Below, in pieces: positions 39,731 through 54,669 of a DNA stretch of 64,000 nucleotides. The stretch lies in the NCBI RefSeq assembly GCF_009914755.1, contig NC_060935.1; one strand, 5' to 3'. A program made the position numbers and the translations under genes. The stretch comes from the human T2T-CHM13v2.0 reference genome, Homo sapiens. Under the pieces are notes generated by a model, which saw only the letters and a list, made by a program, of their open reading frames with translations, did no database searches and was not told the origin of the DNA. Position 1 is the stretch's first letter. Each line of letters begins with the position of its first letter.

Positions 39731-41577
39731 CTTTTAATTTTTATTTTTTTAATTTTTTATTTTTATGGCTATATAGAAGGTATATATATTTATGGGGTAC
39801 ATAAGTATTTCGATACAGGCATACAATGTGTAATAATCACATCAGGGTAAATGAGATATCCATCACTGCAAACATTAATCATTTATTTGAGTTATAAAGA
39901 TTCCAGTTGTATTCCCTCAGTTATTCTAAAATGTACAAAAAATTATTCCTGACTAGTCACCCTGTTGTGCTATCAGATACTACATCTTATTCATTGTATC
40001 TAAGTATATTGTTGTACCGATTAGCCAACCCCATTTTCCTCTCTCCTTTCCAGTACCCTTTCCAGTCTCTGGTAACCATCATTCTACTCTCTATCTCCAT
40101 GAGTTCAACTGTTTTAATTTGTAGCTCCCACAAATGGGTGAGAACATGCAATAGTCATCCTTCTGAGCTGGGCTTATTTCACTTAGCATAATGTCCTCCA
40201 GTTTCATTCATGTTGTTGCAAATAACAGGATCTCATTCTCATGGCTGAATAGTATTCCATGTGCATATGTACCACATTTTCCTTATTAATTTGTCTGTGG
40301 ACAGGTTGAATGCAAATCTTGGCTATTGTGACTAGCGTTACAATAAACATGGGAGTGCAGTTATCTCTTCAATATACTGATTTCCTTTCTGTGGGGTATA
40401 TAACTAGCAGTGGGATTGCTGGATCATATGGTAGTTTTATTTTTAGATTTTTGGGGAACCTCCATACTCTTCTCCAACAGAACTGTACTAATTTATTTTC
40501 CCACCAACAGCATATGAGGGTTCCCCTTTCTCCAGATCCTCAGCAGGATTCATTGTCATCTGTCTTTTGGATAAAAGCCATTTTTATCTAGGTTGAGATG
40601 CTCATGGTAGTTTTGTTTTGCATTTCTCTGATGATTAAGGATGTTTAGCACCTTTTCATATACCTGTTTTCCATTTGTGTGTCTTCTTTTGAGTAGTGTC
40701 TATTCAGATCTTTTACTCATTTTTTAATCAAATTATTAGTTTTTTTTCCTATTGAGTTGTTTGAGCTCCCTACATATTCTGGTTTTTAATCCCTTGTCAG
40801 ATAGATAGTTTGCAAATATTTTCTCCCATTCTGTGGGTTGTATCTTCACTTTTTTGATTGTTTCCTTTGATGTACAGAAGCTTTTTAAGTTGATGTGATC
40901 CTATTGGTCCATTTTTGCTTTGGTCACCAGTGTTTTTGAGCTACTACTAATTGACTCTTTTCCCACTCCAATGTCCTGCAGAGTTTCTACAATGGTTCCT
41001 TTTAGTAGTTTCATAGTTTGAGGTCTAAGAATTTAAATCTTTAATCTATTTTGATTTGATGTGCCTATGGTGAGAGACAGTGGTCCAGTTCGTTTTTCTA
41101 CATATGGATATCCAGTCTTCCCAGAACCATTTATTGAAGAGACGATCCTTTCCTCAATGCATGTTCTTGGCACCCTTGGCAAAAATGAGTTAACTACAGA
41201 TGTATAAATTTATTTCTGAGCTCTCTATTCTGTTCTATTAGCCTATGTGTCTATTTTTATGCCAGTACCATGCTGTTTTGGTTACCATAGCTCTGTAGTA
41301 TAATTTAAGTCAGGTAATGTAATTTCTCCAGTCTTATTCTTTTTGCTCATAATGGATTTGGCTATTTTGGGTCTTTTATGGTTCCATATATATTTCAGAA
41401 TTATTTTTTCTATTTCTGTGAAGAATGTCATTAGTATTTTGATAGTGATTGCATTGAATCTGTAGATTGCTTTGGGTAGTATGAACATTTTAATAATATT
41501 GATCCTTCCGATCCATTAATATTAAATATCTTTCCATTTCTTGTGTGTCTTCAATTTTTTTTAAAGTCTGTAGTTTT
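39731..41577 (-). mobile_element. L1MA (about MA2-3) 5'-truncated element
   Basis: T-rich tail, L1MA 3' UTR (tatggggtac...taataatcacatcagggtaaatg) and an ORF2 remnant [15 protein letters not shown] (41282-41488). Confidence 0.9.
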
Positions 41578-42152
41578 TAAAGGTAGAAAGTACAGGATTG
41601 CCTTTTATCTCCAAACGTGACACTTACAGTGATCATTGCATTTTGCTTGTTTCTGATGATCAGGTGCTACCAGACAGTCTCTTTCATCTGGGGAGCATAC
41701 CACCACATTGCTCTCAGGGAAGCCAGTCCTTCAGCAGTATCTTTTGTCTATGGAGGGCAGGACTAGCCTACAGAGGGCAGCTCCACTGACTTTACTAACA
41801 TTGTTGGTACCCATCCTAGTAGCAAATCCCTTAGCACTTTGGTAACTCAAACTGTCATTGCTTTTCATTGTAGACGCACATTTTGATTTTTAAAACAAGT
41901 ACAAAAAAAGAACAAAAATTTATCAGTTTTATCACTCAGTATCCCAGCAAGAAACAGATGGTACACTCAAAGTGGTTTAATGAATAGAAGAGAACTTAAC
42001 ATACTTACTCTGGCTCCCCCGTGATAGTTAACTAGTTAATTGTATGGCTTTAGATAGTATATCCACTTTAGAATGCTTATTCATTTGAGGTTTTTGATTA
42101 CTTCTTTTTAAGGTAGATTTGGTGGCTCCACTTCTCTTAGAGTGGACCATCT

Positions 42153-44123
42153 CTTTTTCTTTTTTTAAATTATACTTTAAGTGCTGGGGTACATGTGCAA
42201 AACATGCAACTTTGTTACATAGGTATACACGTGCCATGGTGGTTTGCTGCACCCATCAACCCATCATCTAAATTAGGTATTTCTCCTAATGCTACCCTTC
42301 CCCTAGCTCCCCACCCTCACAACAGGCACCGGTGTGTGATGTCCCCTCCCTGTGTCCCTGTGTTCTCATTGTTCAACTCCCACTTATGAGTGAGAACATG
42401 CGGTGTTTGGTTTTCTGTTCTTGTGTTAGTTTGCTGAGAATGATGGTTTCCAGCTTCATCCATGTCCCTACAAAGGATGTGAACTCATCCTTTTTTATGG
42501 TTGCATAGTATTCCATGGTGTATGTGTCCCACATTTTCTTTATCCAGTCTATGATTGATGGGCATTTGGGTTGGTTCCAAGACTTTGCTATTGTGAACAG
42601 TGCCACAATAAACATACATGTGCATGTGTCTTTATAGAATTATTTATAATCCTTTGGGTATATATCCAGTAATGGGATTGCTGGGTCAAATGGTAATTCT
42701 GGTTCTAGATCCTTGAGGAATCACCACACTGTCTTCCACAATGGGTGAACTAATTTACAGTCCCACCAACAATGTAAAAGTGTTCCTATTTCTCCACATC
42801 CTCTCCAGCAACTGTTGTTTCCTGACTTTTTAATAATCACCATTCTAACTGGTGTGAGATGGTATCTCATTGTGGTTTTGATTTGCATTCCTCCAATGAC
42901 CAGTGATGATGAGCTTTTTTTCATGTTTGTTGGCTGCATAAATGTCTTCTTCTGAAAGGTGTCTTTCATGTCCTTAGCCCACTTTTGATGGGTTGTTTGT
43001 ACTTTTCTTGTAAATTTGTTGAAGTTCTTTGTAGAATCTGGGTATTAGCCCTTTGTCAGATGGATAGATTGCAAAAACTTTCTCCCATTCTCTAGGTTGC
43101 CTGTTCACTCTGCTGATAGTTTCTTTTGCTGTGCAGAAGCTCTTTAGTTTAATTAGATCCCATTTGTCAATTTTGGCTTTTGTTGCCATTGCTTTTGGTG
43201 TTTTAGTCATGAAGTCTTTGCCCATGCCTATGTCCTGAAGGGTATTGCCTAGGTTTTCTTCTAGGGTTTTTATGGTTTTAGGTCTTACGTTTAAGTCTTT
43301 AATCCATCTTGAGTTAATTTTTGTATAAGGTGTAAGGAAGGGGTCCAGTTTCAGATTTTTGCATATGGCTAGCCAGTTTTCCCAACACCATTTATTAAAT
43401 AGGGAATCCTTTCCCCATTTCTTGTTTTTGTCAGGTTTGTCAAAGATTAGATGGTGGTAGATATGTGGCAATATTTCTGAGGCCTCTTTTCTTTTCCACT
43501 GGTCTATACATCTGTTTTGGTACCAGTACCATGCTGTTTTGGTTACTGTAGCCTTGTAGTATTGTTTGAAGTCAGGTAGTGTGATGCCTCCAGCTTAGTT
43601 CTTTTTGCTTGGGATTGTCTTGGCTATACGGGTTCTTTTTTGGTTCCATATGAAATTTAAAGTAGTTTTTTTCTAATTCTGTGAAGAAAGTCAATGGTAA
43701 CTTGATGGGGATAGCATTGAATCTATAATTACTTTGGGCAGTATGGCCATTTTCATGATATTGATTCTTCCTATCCACGAGCATGGAATGTTTTTCCATT
43801 TGTTTGTGTCCTCTCTTATTTCCTTGAACGGTGATTTGTAGTTCTCCCTGAAAAGGTCCTTCACATCCCTTGTAAGTTGGATTCCTAGGTATTTTATTCT
43901 CTTTGTAGCAATTGTGAATGGGAGTTCACTCATGATTTGGCTCGCTGTTTGTCTATTATTGGTGTATAGGAATGCTTGTGATTTTTGCACATTGATTTTG
44001 TATCTTGAGATGTTGCTGAAGTTGCTTTTCAGCTTAAGAAGATTTTGGGCCGAGACAATTGTAAATATACAATCATGTCATCTACAAACAGAGACAATTT
44101 GACTTCCTCTCTTCCTAACTGAA
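42153..44123 (-). mobile_element. L1PA6/7-like 5'-truncated element (about 2 kb)
   Basis: ORF2 C-terminal fragments ([29 protein letters not shown]) and an L1PA 3' UTR. No TSD found. Confidence 0.95.
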
Positions 44124-44695
44124 TTCCCAGGGAATCAACCAAAAAAGGATACATTTCAAAATTATTTAGCAAACAGTGGTCGAACATAAAATTAACATTT
44201 ATTTAACACTTACAGAGTGCCAGACACTATGTTTTACCTTGTTTCTAATTCTTAGACTTTACTTTTTACAGATTAGGGAATTGAAAGTCAGAGAGGGTAA
44301 GCAGCTTGCCTACAACCTAAGGGCAGCACAGGCCAGTGCCTGAATTCAAACCTGTGGAGGATACTGCACTGCCTGAGCTATAACCCTCAATTCTCTTTTA
44401 TGCTCCTAATTAGTTTCTTATTATCTATAAAACATGTCTTTTAGAATTGATTTTCCCTACTTTCTTCATTTCTATCTGCCTCTTTTTCCTTTGTTCATGT
44501 TTCCTTACTCAACAGATACTTTATGGTGAACCATAAGATATCCCAATTCTCAGGAGACATACTATTGGGAAGTGTTACTCTTGTGTTTCCCCTCCCTCCT
44601 GGAGTTAAGCATGGGTACAGGCGAGCTACTTCTTTCCCATTTCAGTAGCTAAAACCAGAGTTTAGCTCCTCAGAGGTCCCTAGCAGCACGACTGA

Positions 44696-45058
<363 letters not shown>

Positions 45059-45310
45059 TGAGAGGAACCTTTTTTTCTCAGTGGGAGTAGGTAAGGAAGT
45101 AGAAACAGATGCTTTTAAGAAAAACTGGTAAGAAGCTTAAAATATTTTCTGGATAGATTTTTATTTTTCTATGGTTGGCCATAGAGCAGTGATGTGATAA
45201 AATAATATTTGAGGTGACTGTTTCAGCAGCCTGTTTCTTGTCACCAAGACTTAACTTACACTGTCTTCTGTACTTGAAATGCTAACACCATTGCCCTCCT
45301 TCTATGATGA

Positions 45311-45740
<430 letters not shown>

Positions 45741-45823
45741 CCAATTTATGATATTATAGTTAGTCTAGCTGCACAGTCTTGGAGCAGAGAGCATGCCCTC
45801 TTTAACTCTAGTGTCCTTTATTG

Positions 45824-46140
45824 CAATGCTGTCCAATAGAAAAACAATGTAGGCCTCAGATGTAGGAGATGTACACAATTTCAAAATTTCTAATAGGCAT
45901 GTTAAAAACAAAAAAGTCCAACTAATTAAATAGCATTTTATTTAATACATTCAAAGTATTATCAGTTCAAACTGTAATCAAATTAAAAATCATTAATGAC
46001 TTTTTAAATATTCTTATTTTGGAGAAAGTCTTCAAGTCTGGTATGTAGTTTTTATTTACAGCACATCTCAATTTTGACTAGCCATATCTAAAGTATTCAA
46101 TAGTCACATGTGGCTAGTGGCTACCATATTGGACAGCAGC
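45824..46140 (+). mobile_element. MER33-like (hAT-Charlie) relic
   Basis: gctgtccaataga...cagcacatctcaattttgactagcca...cacatgtggctagtggctaccatattggacagc, with terminal inverted repeats. Confidence 0.82.
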
Positions 46141-46429
46141 TCTGGAGCTGCACACTGAAGCATACATGTGAGCTGGGGACCTTACATTTTTATTGAACAA
46201 AAAAGGCAGTGCAGTGGAAAGATCAGCAACATGTGATGGTATTGTGTATCAAAGGAGAAGGAAGAAGGAAAAGGAGAAAATAACCACAGAAATGGAGCTT
46301 GGGAGAACAGGTTATGGTATTACATTAGACACCAATAAATTATTGGAAATAGAGGAGGTAAGGGACCAAAATAAAAGATGATAAGTTTTGTACTATTGTT
46401 GTCAGAATTATCCTGGAGAAAGCAAACGT

Positions 46430-46621
46430 AATGCTTTTAACAAAAGTGTGGTGATTCTACTAGCACCACCCACATATGGATATTTAGAAAAAAGTTTACA
46501 ATGGTGATAATGATGAGAAGACAAATACATGTAACCTTTCCTCATTTTGCAGTCACAAGCAATTATCATGAAGATGATAGATTTTACCATTAAATAAAAT
46601 GTCAACAATCAAGTGCACTGA
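46430..46621 (+). repeat. About 190-bp local direct duplication, copy A (probable donor)
   Basis: Aligns to 48084-48270 with about 13 substitutions and one 5-nt indel. Confidence 0.95.
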
Positions 46622-46955
46622 ATCCTTTTAGTTCTTAATCTAGATAATTACTTCATGAATTTGACTTGCATTCACTTCCACATAGTGCATACAGCTAGAC
46701 AGATAAAACTGAATGAAGTTATGACATTTGCATGTATAACAAGGCTGTTCATTTTTGTTCTCTCCAACTATTTATCACTTGATTAAAAATATGACCCCAC
46801 TATACCTACTTAGTATTACTTACCTAGCAATTACTGCCTTTCAATTGCATGCCATTTTATTCACAGTTCATGTTGTTATCAAAATACACTCAACAAAATC
46901 AAATAATAAGTGGGGAGAAAAAAGTAGCACATGAATTTCAAATGGATGAATTTTC

Positions 46956-47585
46956 TTTTTTTTTCTTTCCAACTTTTATGTGCAGGATGTGCAGGTTTGT
47001 TACACAGATAAACATGTGCTATGGTGGTTTGCTGCACAGATCATCCCATCACTTAGATATTAAGCCCAGTATCCATTAGCTATTCTTCCTGATGCTCTCC
47101 CTCATTCCACTCACTACCCACTGAAGGGCCCCACTGTGGGTTGTTCCCCTCATGTGTCCATGTGTTCTCATCATTCAGCTCCCACTTACGAGTGAGAATA
47201 TGTGGTATTTGGTTTTCTGTTCCTGCGTTAGTTTACTAAGGATAATGGCTTCCAGGAACCATCTGTGTCCCTGAAAAGGACATGATCTTGTTCCCCTTTA
47301 TGGCTGCATAGTATTCCATGGAGTATATGTTCCACATTTTCTTTATCCAGCCTATCAATGATGGGCATTTAGGTTGGTTACATGTCTTTGCTATTGTGAA
47401 TAGTACTGCAATGAACATGTGTGCATGTATCTTTATAACAGAATTATTTATATTCCTTTGGGTACATATCCAGTAATGGGATTTCTGGGTCAAATGATAT
47501 TTCTGCCTCTAGGTCTTTAAAGAATTGCCACACTGTCTTCCACAATGGTTGAACTAATTTACACTCCCACCAACATTGTAAACGC
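46956..47585 (-). mobile_element. L1PA (about PA8-12) 3' fragment
   Basis: L1PA 3' UTR. Perfect 20-bp TSD tttcaaatggatgaattttc at 46936-46955 and 47586-47605. Endonuclease-type site TT/GAAAA on the minus strand. Confidence 0.95.
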
Positions 47586-48083
47586 TTTCAAATGGATGAA
47601 TTTTCAATGAGTAAACAGATACTACTTTCAATAAGTAAACAGGTACTTCTGAAGTACCCTCTTCATTTTTTTGTTTGGTATTTGCCTATTAATCTGAGTC
47701 TTCTTTAGGTTTTGCTAATATGGAAAAGTATAAATATATTCTTTTGATGTTCAGTGGGTTCCCATTAATGTCATAGTACCACACCACTAAATTGCTACTA
47801 CCCAAGCTATAATCCTAAGAGTAGTCTTTTATTCCTTCATGTACTTCATCTAATCAAGTAAGTTTATATACATATATATTTTTGAATCCTGCTCCATCTC
47901 TTCTTCTTTATCTGTAACACTACTGCCTGAGCTCAGGCTTTTGTCAGCTTTCACGTGACTCCTATGGTCACCTCCTAACTGATCTTTCTGTTCCCAAGCT
48001 TGTCCCTTCAAATTCATAATACATAAAGCTACCAGAGAGGTACCTTCCCGCTTGAAAAAGGTCACGAGTTCTCAGGTGACCAC

Positions 48084-48270
48084 AATGGTTCTAACAAAAA
48101 TGTGGGGCTTCTATTAGCTCCACCCACATATGGGTATTTAGAAAAAAGTTTACAGTGGTGATAATGATGAGAAGACAAATACATGTAACCTTTCCTCATT
48201 TTGCAGTCACAGGCAATTACCATGAATATGATAGAATTTACCATTAAATAAAATGTCACAAGTGCACTGA
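48084..48270 (+). repeat. About 190-bp local direct duplication, copy B (inside an L2)
   Basis: Flanked by L2-like sequence (47790-48090 and 48270-48640). Confidence 0.95.
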
Positions 48271-48971
48271 TGTGGTTTCTGCCCAGCACCTGTCTCTCTT
48301 CCTGTCACTCAATTACCCTCCATTGACTTTGTATTAATAACGAACTCGTGGTTTCCATGACTAGAGGGCGGGATTGGGACCTCCTTTACCTTTCATATGC
48401 TATCCATATACTAATTTTGTATTTATTTTTCTGTATTTTAATTATGTGTTTCTGTATTTGTCTCTTCTACTAGTTTGTAAATACACTGAGGCCAGGGAAA
48501 GCCATTCAGTTTGTAAAAAGTCTAGTTATTTGCATAATATAGAATGTGATAGGATCTTGATTGGACAACCAAAGTCCTAGGGTAGTGTTTTATGTATAAA
48601 GTGGCACTGAGTAAATATTTGTTGACATGAATTAAATCTATGAACATGCCCAGAACTGGACACAAGATTCCAGAGTTGAATACAATATGCAGAAAACTAA
48701 AAGGTTGCCTTTTCCTGTAAGTCCCTAGTTTAAGAATCCACCCCATTTTTAGATGAATCAAGTTCTAATTTAGAAACTAGCTCAGGAATGAACGACCAAG
48801 AAGACCATGGATGTATAACATACATCATTATTAAATAAGGAGTATTCCTATCACCCTTTGTTACTCCATCAAGGAAAAGAAATACAGTTTCCTATCATTC
48901 CTAATTGAAAAGAGTACTGAAAACAAGAAAGTTGAGGAGGATATGAGAAACTCTGTAAACTTCTAGTATAG

Positions 48972-49232
<261 letters not shown>

Positions 49233-51317
49233 TAAATCATCGGAATGGTTGCCTTCCCAAAGAATTTAACTTTTATCTTGTACAAGCTTTCCCCACCCTT
49301 ATCCTTTTGACCTTACATTTTTTTGGACATTTTTGAAGATGTGCTTATGAAACATAATAAGCAGGAAGGTTTACTTGTCATGTCTTATAATAAGTTTGTT
49401 TTAGGAGTTATTTGAAGAGCCATATAAAACCTGTTTTACTGAGTGAACAAAGAAAGAGCTTGCTAGCGCTTCCCCAACATTCAAAAATAGTAATTTGTCA
49501 TCATAGAATGATGGAGTGGGGGATGGGGCAGAACTTATATTATGGTCCATATAAAAGCAGCTAATTGTGTACCTCATTAAAAATTATATTTTGGTGGGTA
49601 CTCATGTTGTCAACATGGATAATGATTGACTTCTCTTTGTCCTTAAACTGCTATATACTTTAGTTAAGCATTACTACTTTGACATTTCTGAAAAGGCTGC
49701 CTCATCAAATATTTTGAATTTTAAAAAAAATCTTGTGAGTGTAAACTACTTTGTAGAAAATTATTTAAAATACTATCTAAAACACTGTTAATTATGAAGG
49801 AAAAGAATAAAAATTATTAGATTTAAGAGAGAAAAACAGGTTAAATTTACCATGAGTTAACAAAGTACAGAAAAAAGGAAAGGATTGAACGATTTGCCAT
49901 GGTTTATCCTCTGAAATATTCACAATAAGTGCAACAAGCAGTTACTATATTACTATATTTAGACTGAAAACTAGTTTCTGTATTTTTATTTAATGGCATT
50001 CTATATTTAAAAGGGTCTTACTAAACCCCACAGTGTTCTAGGGTAATGTGTAGTGACATGTGTGAATGGACACACACCCACACACTCTCTTTCTCTCTTA
50101 AAAAATAAATGAGAAGTACTTTGTCTAATTGGTTCTCCACTTCTTAAAAAACAGTGAAATTTATTAGCCATTTTATTATACCACTGTGTATTATAACTCT
50201 CACTAAATTGCCTCCCATTTTAAACAATAAAAACCTATCAAATATTTATTTTAATTACCATTTGTTGCCACATACCACCATTTAGTGAATTGAGATTTTA
50301 ATATTCAAATACTTTCTTGGCATGGTGTAAACACTGATCAATGTTTATTTTGTAGCAACAGGAGCTAAAGAATATTTCCTTCTTAACTACCAACCCATCT
50401 GTATACAATAGATATTCCATAAATAATGACTAACCATATGTAATGACTGTCCTAAGATGCACACACAACTGTTGTCAGAATGAACTATATTTGCAAATGT
50501 GGTCCCTCATGGTCTCTATGATGTCTTGCAACTGGATAACACATTTTATCTTTTGCCATGAATTCTTCAAACATTTCTTAAATCCTACTATAGTTCTGTG
50601 CTAATGACAGCCAGAGGGATATATTTTGAGCCCAGCAAATCTGTGCTATCTAATGTAACTTTTTCAGTTTATACTCCCTTCTTGTAGGCTTTTGCTTTGA
50701 AGCTTGCACATTTTCCATCATTTTGGTGGTCCTTATCAGTATCTATTACAGAAACAAATGGCGAATTTCCATCTTTAGCCCCACTACCAGGACAAAAAAA
50801 CTGGGGCAAAAACAAAAGTATTTTCTCTTTGGCTAAAGGACAGGCACTTCCTGGTGAAGTAGAAGCCATGAATGAAAGCCACTGGAATCTGGGGAGCATA
50901 TCAGTGGCTAGCACCCAAGAGATGATCAAGCCTGGAGAGCAGTAGCTCATAGTGGAGGGAAAAAAAAAAGCTTTGAACTAAAGTGACCTAAGTTTGATTT
51001 TTGGTTCTGCCATATATTACCATGTGACTGGGGCAAGTGTCTTCATTTTTCTTGGCCTGTTTTATTTGTAGAGTGAAGAATGTGAGACATACTTTATAGG
51101 GTTTCTGTGAGGACTGAAAAAATTAACATTTACATATGCTCTAAATAATATTTGGGACAAAGTAGAGTCTCAACAAACTACCAGTACTACTACAAACAAA
51201 AGGATGATGATGATATTTGAATAAATGAATAAGGATTATACTCAAGGAAGTAAGTAATAACCAATATGCATAGCTGTATCCTCTGTTTTCCTTCTCCCTA
51301 TAAGTGAAGCTCATTAC

Positions 51318-51410
51318 CTTTTCAGTACCCAAATCCGTTTCACTTTGATGCTGATCTGGAACCAGCTGGATGGAAACAGGAAAGGAGAAAAGGAGTTCAC
51401 TCCTCTGGGG
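51318..51410 (-). CDS. GUCY1A2: Alternative in-frame exon (93 nt, phase 0/0) encoding the 31-aa alpha2i insert
   Basis: Translates without stops to PQRSELLFSFPVSIQLVPDQHQSETDLGTEK (31 aa), which matches the recalled insert of the alpha2i splice variant. Acceptor tgacttttcaag; donor AAG|gtaatg; branch-like ttcac about 28 nt upstream. It lies in the phase-0 intron before the MRIG exon. Confidence 0.93.
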
Positions 51411-51734
51411 CTTGAAAAGTCACACCGAGACACCAAGTGAATCAAGGGACAAAAATAAAAAATCAGTACTGTGACATTTTTTATTTGCATATACATATAG
51501 CCATGATTTTGTAGTTTATGGCCAATGTCACTGAGGTTGACATTGGTGGTACAATAAAAAAATTATCTGGCATAGGAAGCTCTGTCATTTGAAGGGATGA
51601 GAGAATATTCCAAGGGAACTTGGAGAAAGCATCGTAGAAAAAGGAGTGTAAAGGCACCCACGTGATAAAAAATGGCACGCTGGGCAAAACCTTATTTTCC
51701 ATACTGAGTTGTGCAAATAGTCACTGTCCTTTAA

Positions 51735-52054
<320 letters not shown>

Positions 52055-53725
52055 CATGAAATAATGTGAGAAATTCTAGGTTTGAAAAGTTAAATAAATT
52101 TTTTAACCTTGATACTTTTCAGAATCTGTAGTAGGCAACACTTTGCGAAAGTTACTTTACCACCAAATTGTCATTTCACAAGACACCAATTGACTTGACA
52201 ATGAGGTCAGTTTTTCAGATTGCTATACTGGAGGATCTACTGCAATGAGGAGAAGGCAATAACTGCTTAAGGATTAGTACTAATAGTGTTTATTAGAAAC
52301 AGCTGTGTACTCAGTTGTAGAACACATCCAGCAGTAGCTGGCAAAAGGCACATGACATTCTGGGTTTTTGCATTTTTTCCCTTTATCCACCCCTTTTGGG
52401 GTTTATTCTCCAATAACTGGAAGATAATCAATTACAACTGAGATTTGGTGAAATATTGATATTGATTGGTAACCTGTGAGCACACACTCCTGTGTTATCT
52501 TTCCCATGAGACAGATTTACAGGAGTGCTGGGGTGGGATGGGGAGGTCGGGCTTCTAGGAGGAGCTGTGTACACAACAGCAAAGGTGGAGCTTGTAAGCA
52601 TGAGGGATCTGATGGAAAGTTATGGCTTGTGCGAGGGTTACTATTCCCTTACTTGTTCACTTACTCTTTAAACTGTACTCTGTTGAGACAAGTCTTACAA
52701 CAGCAGTGCTTGCAGATCACTGTGGCTGTGATATCCTTAAACACAACAGCTGACAGTAGAAAGAGGCAGCAAAGCTCATAGAAACTTGATGGGATTTCCC
52801 ATATTCTTAAGCTCTCATTTCCTCCAAAGAAAATGCAATAAGAAAGAATAAAGAAGTTTCTTTAAAAAAATCCATTTGATTTTGAGGGTAAAGTGGGTGG
52901 CTGAATTATGATGACACACCTTCAGAGCATAAAAATTACAGGTAATTTTCTCTTCTAAAAGGTGATTATGATAATAGAGCTATCCTCTTAGGAGACTGAA
53001 AGCTCTTTCTCTATGAAAAGAGAAAAGAAGCTTAAAAGTGACAACTGTCAAAACAATAAACCTGAAACAAACATAAGATGCAAAAGGATCCTGAGATAGG
53101 GCACTAGGAAGCTCTACCTATAGGGTAACATCTAGCTGGCTGTGTATATGTACACATACTTATACAGGCTGTATATACGAATTCTCCTCACTATATGTAT
53201 ATGAATTGGGATAGCAGGAATCACAGCAGCTGAGGTAAAAGAAGGAGAACAGCACCTCATTTTTCAGCCCTTCTGTGTTCCCTCCCTGTTAATTCTCTTA
53301 GGGAGCTAGATGTTCTTTATCCATTTGCAGATTCTGAAACACTGACAGATGAAATCTAGAACCATGGTACACATTTAAACCATGCTACTCTATTTTCTAA
53401 TTTCTTAAGAATTGAGTCTTTCTTGACCTTAAAACTATGACCTTTATTTCTAAACATCTCACTGTATATGGCTTAGGTTACATGATTTCCATTATTTTTA
53501 ATACGCTAATATTTACCTTCTTAGGTAAATTAATTATCTTTTCGGCCAATGTTTTCCAAACCATGGATTTAAAAATTACTTTAGGGAGTTATGAAGAGCA
53601 GTGTTTAATTAAATAGAACAGAATAACACAGCGTAGAACAGAATAGAAAACATCAGACCTCATTGTGCACAGCAAGGGTATTATTTCATAAATTTTTGTC
53701 TCTGTATGCCCAGTAGAATCATATA

Positions 53726-54068
53726 CAGTCATGTGTCACATAATGACATTTTGGATAATGATGGGCTCACATATACAATGGCAATCCCTTAAGATTATAA
53801 TACTGTATTTTCACTATACCTTTTCTTGTTTGGATACATAAATACTTACCATCATGTTACAACTGCCTACAGTATTCAGTATAGTCACATCCGGTACAGG
53901 TTAAGTAGCCTAGGAGGACTAGGCTGTATCAGGTAGCCTAAATTTGCAGCAGGCTGTACCATCTAGGTTTGTGTAAGTGCACTCTGTGACATTTGCATAA
54001 TGATGAAATCATTTAATGATTCATTTCTCAGATCATATCCCTGTCATTAAACGACACATAAATAACTG
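53726..54068 (+). mobile_element. Tigger3a/MER7A-like DNA transposon
   Basis: ta|cagtcatgtgtcacataatgac...cattaaacgacac...actg|ta, with TA target sites. Confidence 0.85.
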
Positions 54069-54149
54069 TAATGTATGTATTGTCCACAAGAGAAAATATT
54101 TGAAATCTATTGTTTTTGGTGCTATTTGGGTGTCAACTTCTCCTTTGGG

Positions 54150-54620
54150 CTGCGGAATCAATCATGTTACATAACCCCTGCCTAACAGAATCCCTCTGCT
54201 GCTCCACCTCACAGCCTCTGCACCCACCTCTGAGTTCAGCCATAGCTACTGGACTGTTCTTAGGAGCTTTTAGGCTTGTTCTATACTGATCACCTTTTGC
54301 CTTGAGGTAAGTTAATGCAGCCTGGAAGTGAGAAGGAGTTAATGTCCTTGGAGTGTTAACCAATATAGAAGAACCAGTGGATATATGTTCTTGCCTGCTC
54401 TTCCCTAGACAGATAATTTAAGAGGTATTCTCTATGCCTCTTAGGAGCAATCCCCAGTGGAATCTAGTCCACATTGCTCACAGAGGCATGACCTTGAAAA
54501 CGTACTCGTACATTGCCCTTTCCTCCTTCTCACTCTTCACTCTCATTCCTGACCCTGGGATCTCCTTCCAAGTAAACTACCTACACCCAAGACCTTATCT
54601 CAGATTCTTGAGAACTCACA
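54150..54620 (+). mobile_element. LTR16-like (ERVL) solo LTR
   Basis: gcagcctggaagtgagaaggagttaatgtcc...ccccagtggaat...cctgggatctccttccaagtaaactacctacaccc. Confidence 0.72.
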
Positions 54621-54669
54621 CCATTATATCATGTAAACATCTAGCACTAAATACACCAGTAAATATGAT

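Noticed and set aside
46408-48289. Pair of similar small ORFs (66 and 75 aa) suggesting a micro-gene family
   Set aside because: The similarity is fully explained by the 190-bp DNA duplication. Starts are non-ATG and there is no exon structure or recognisable domain.
51314-51496. 60-aa ORF overlapping the alpha2i exon
   Set aside because: Wrong frame and non-ATG start. The phase-0 frame gives the recognised 31-aa insert.
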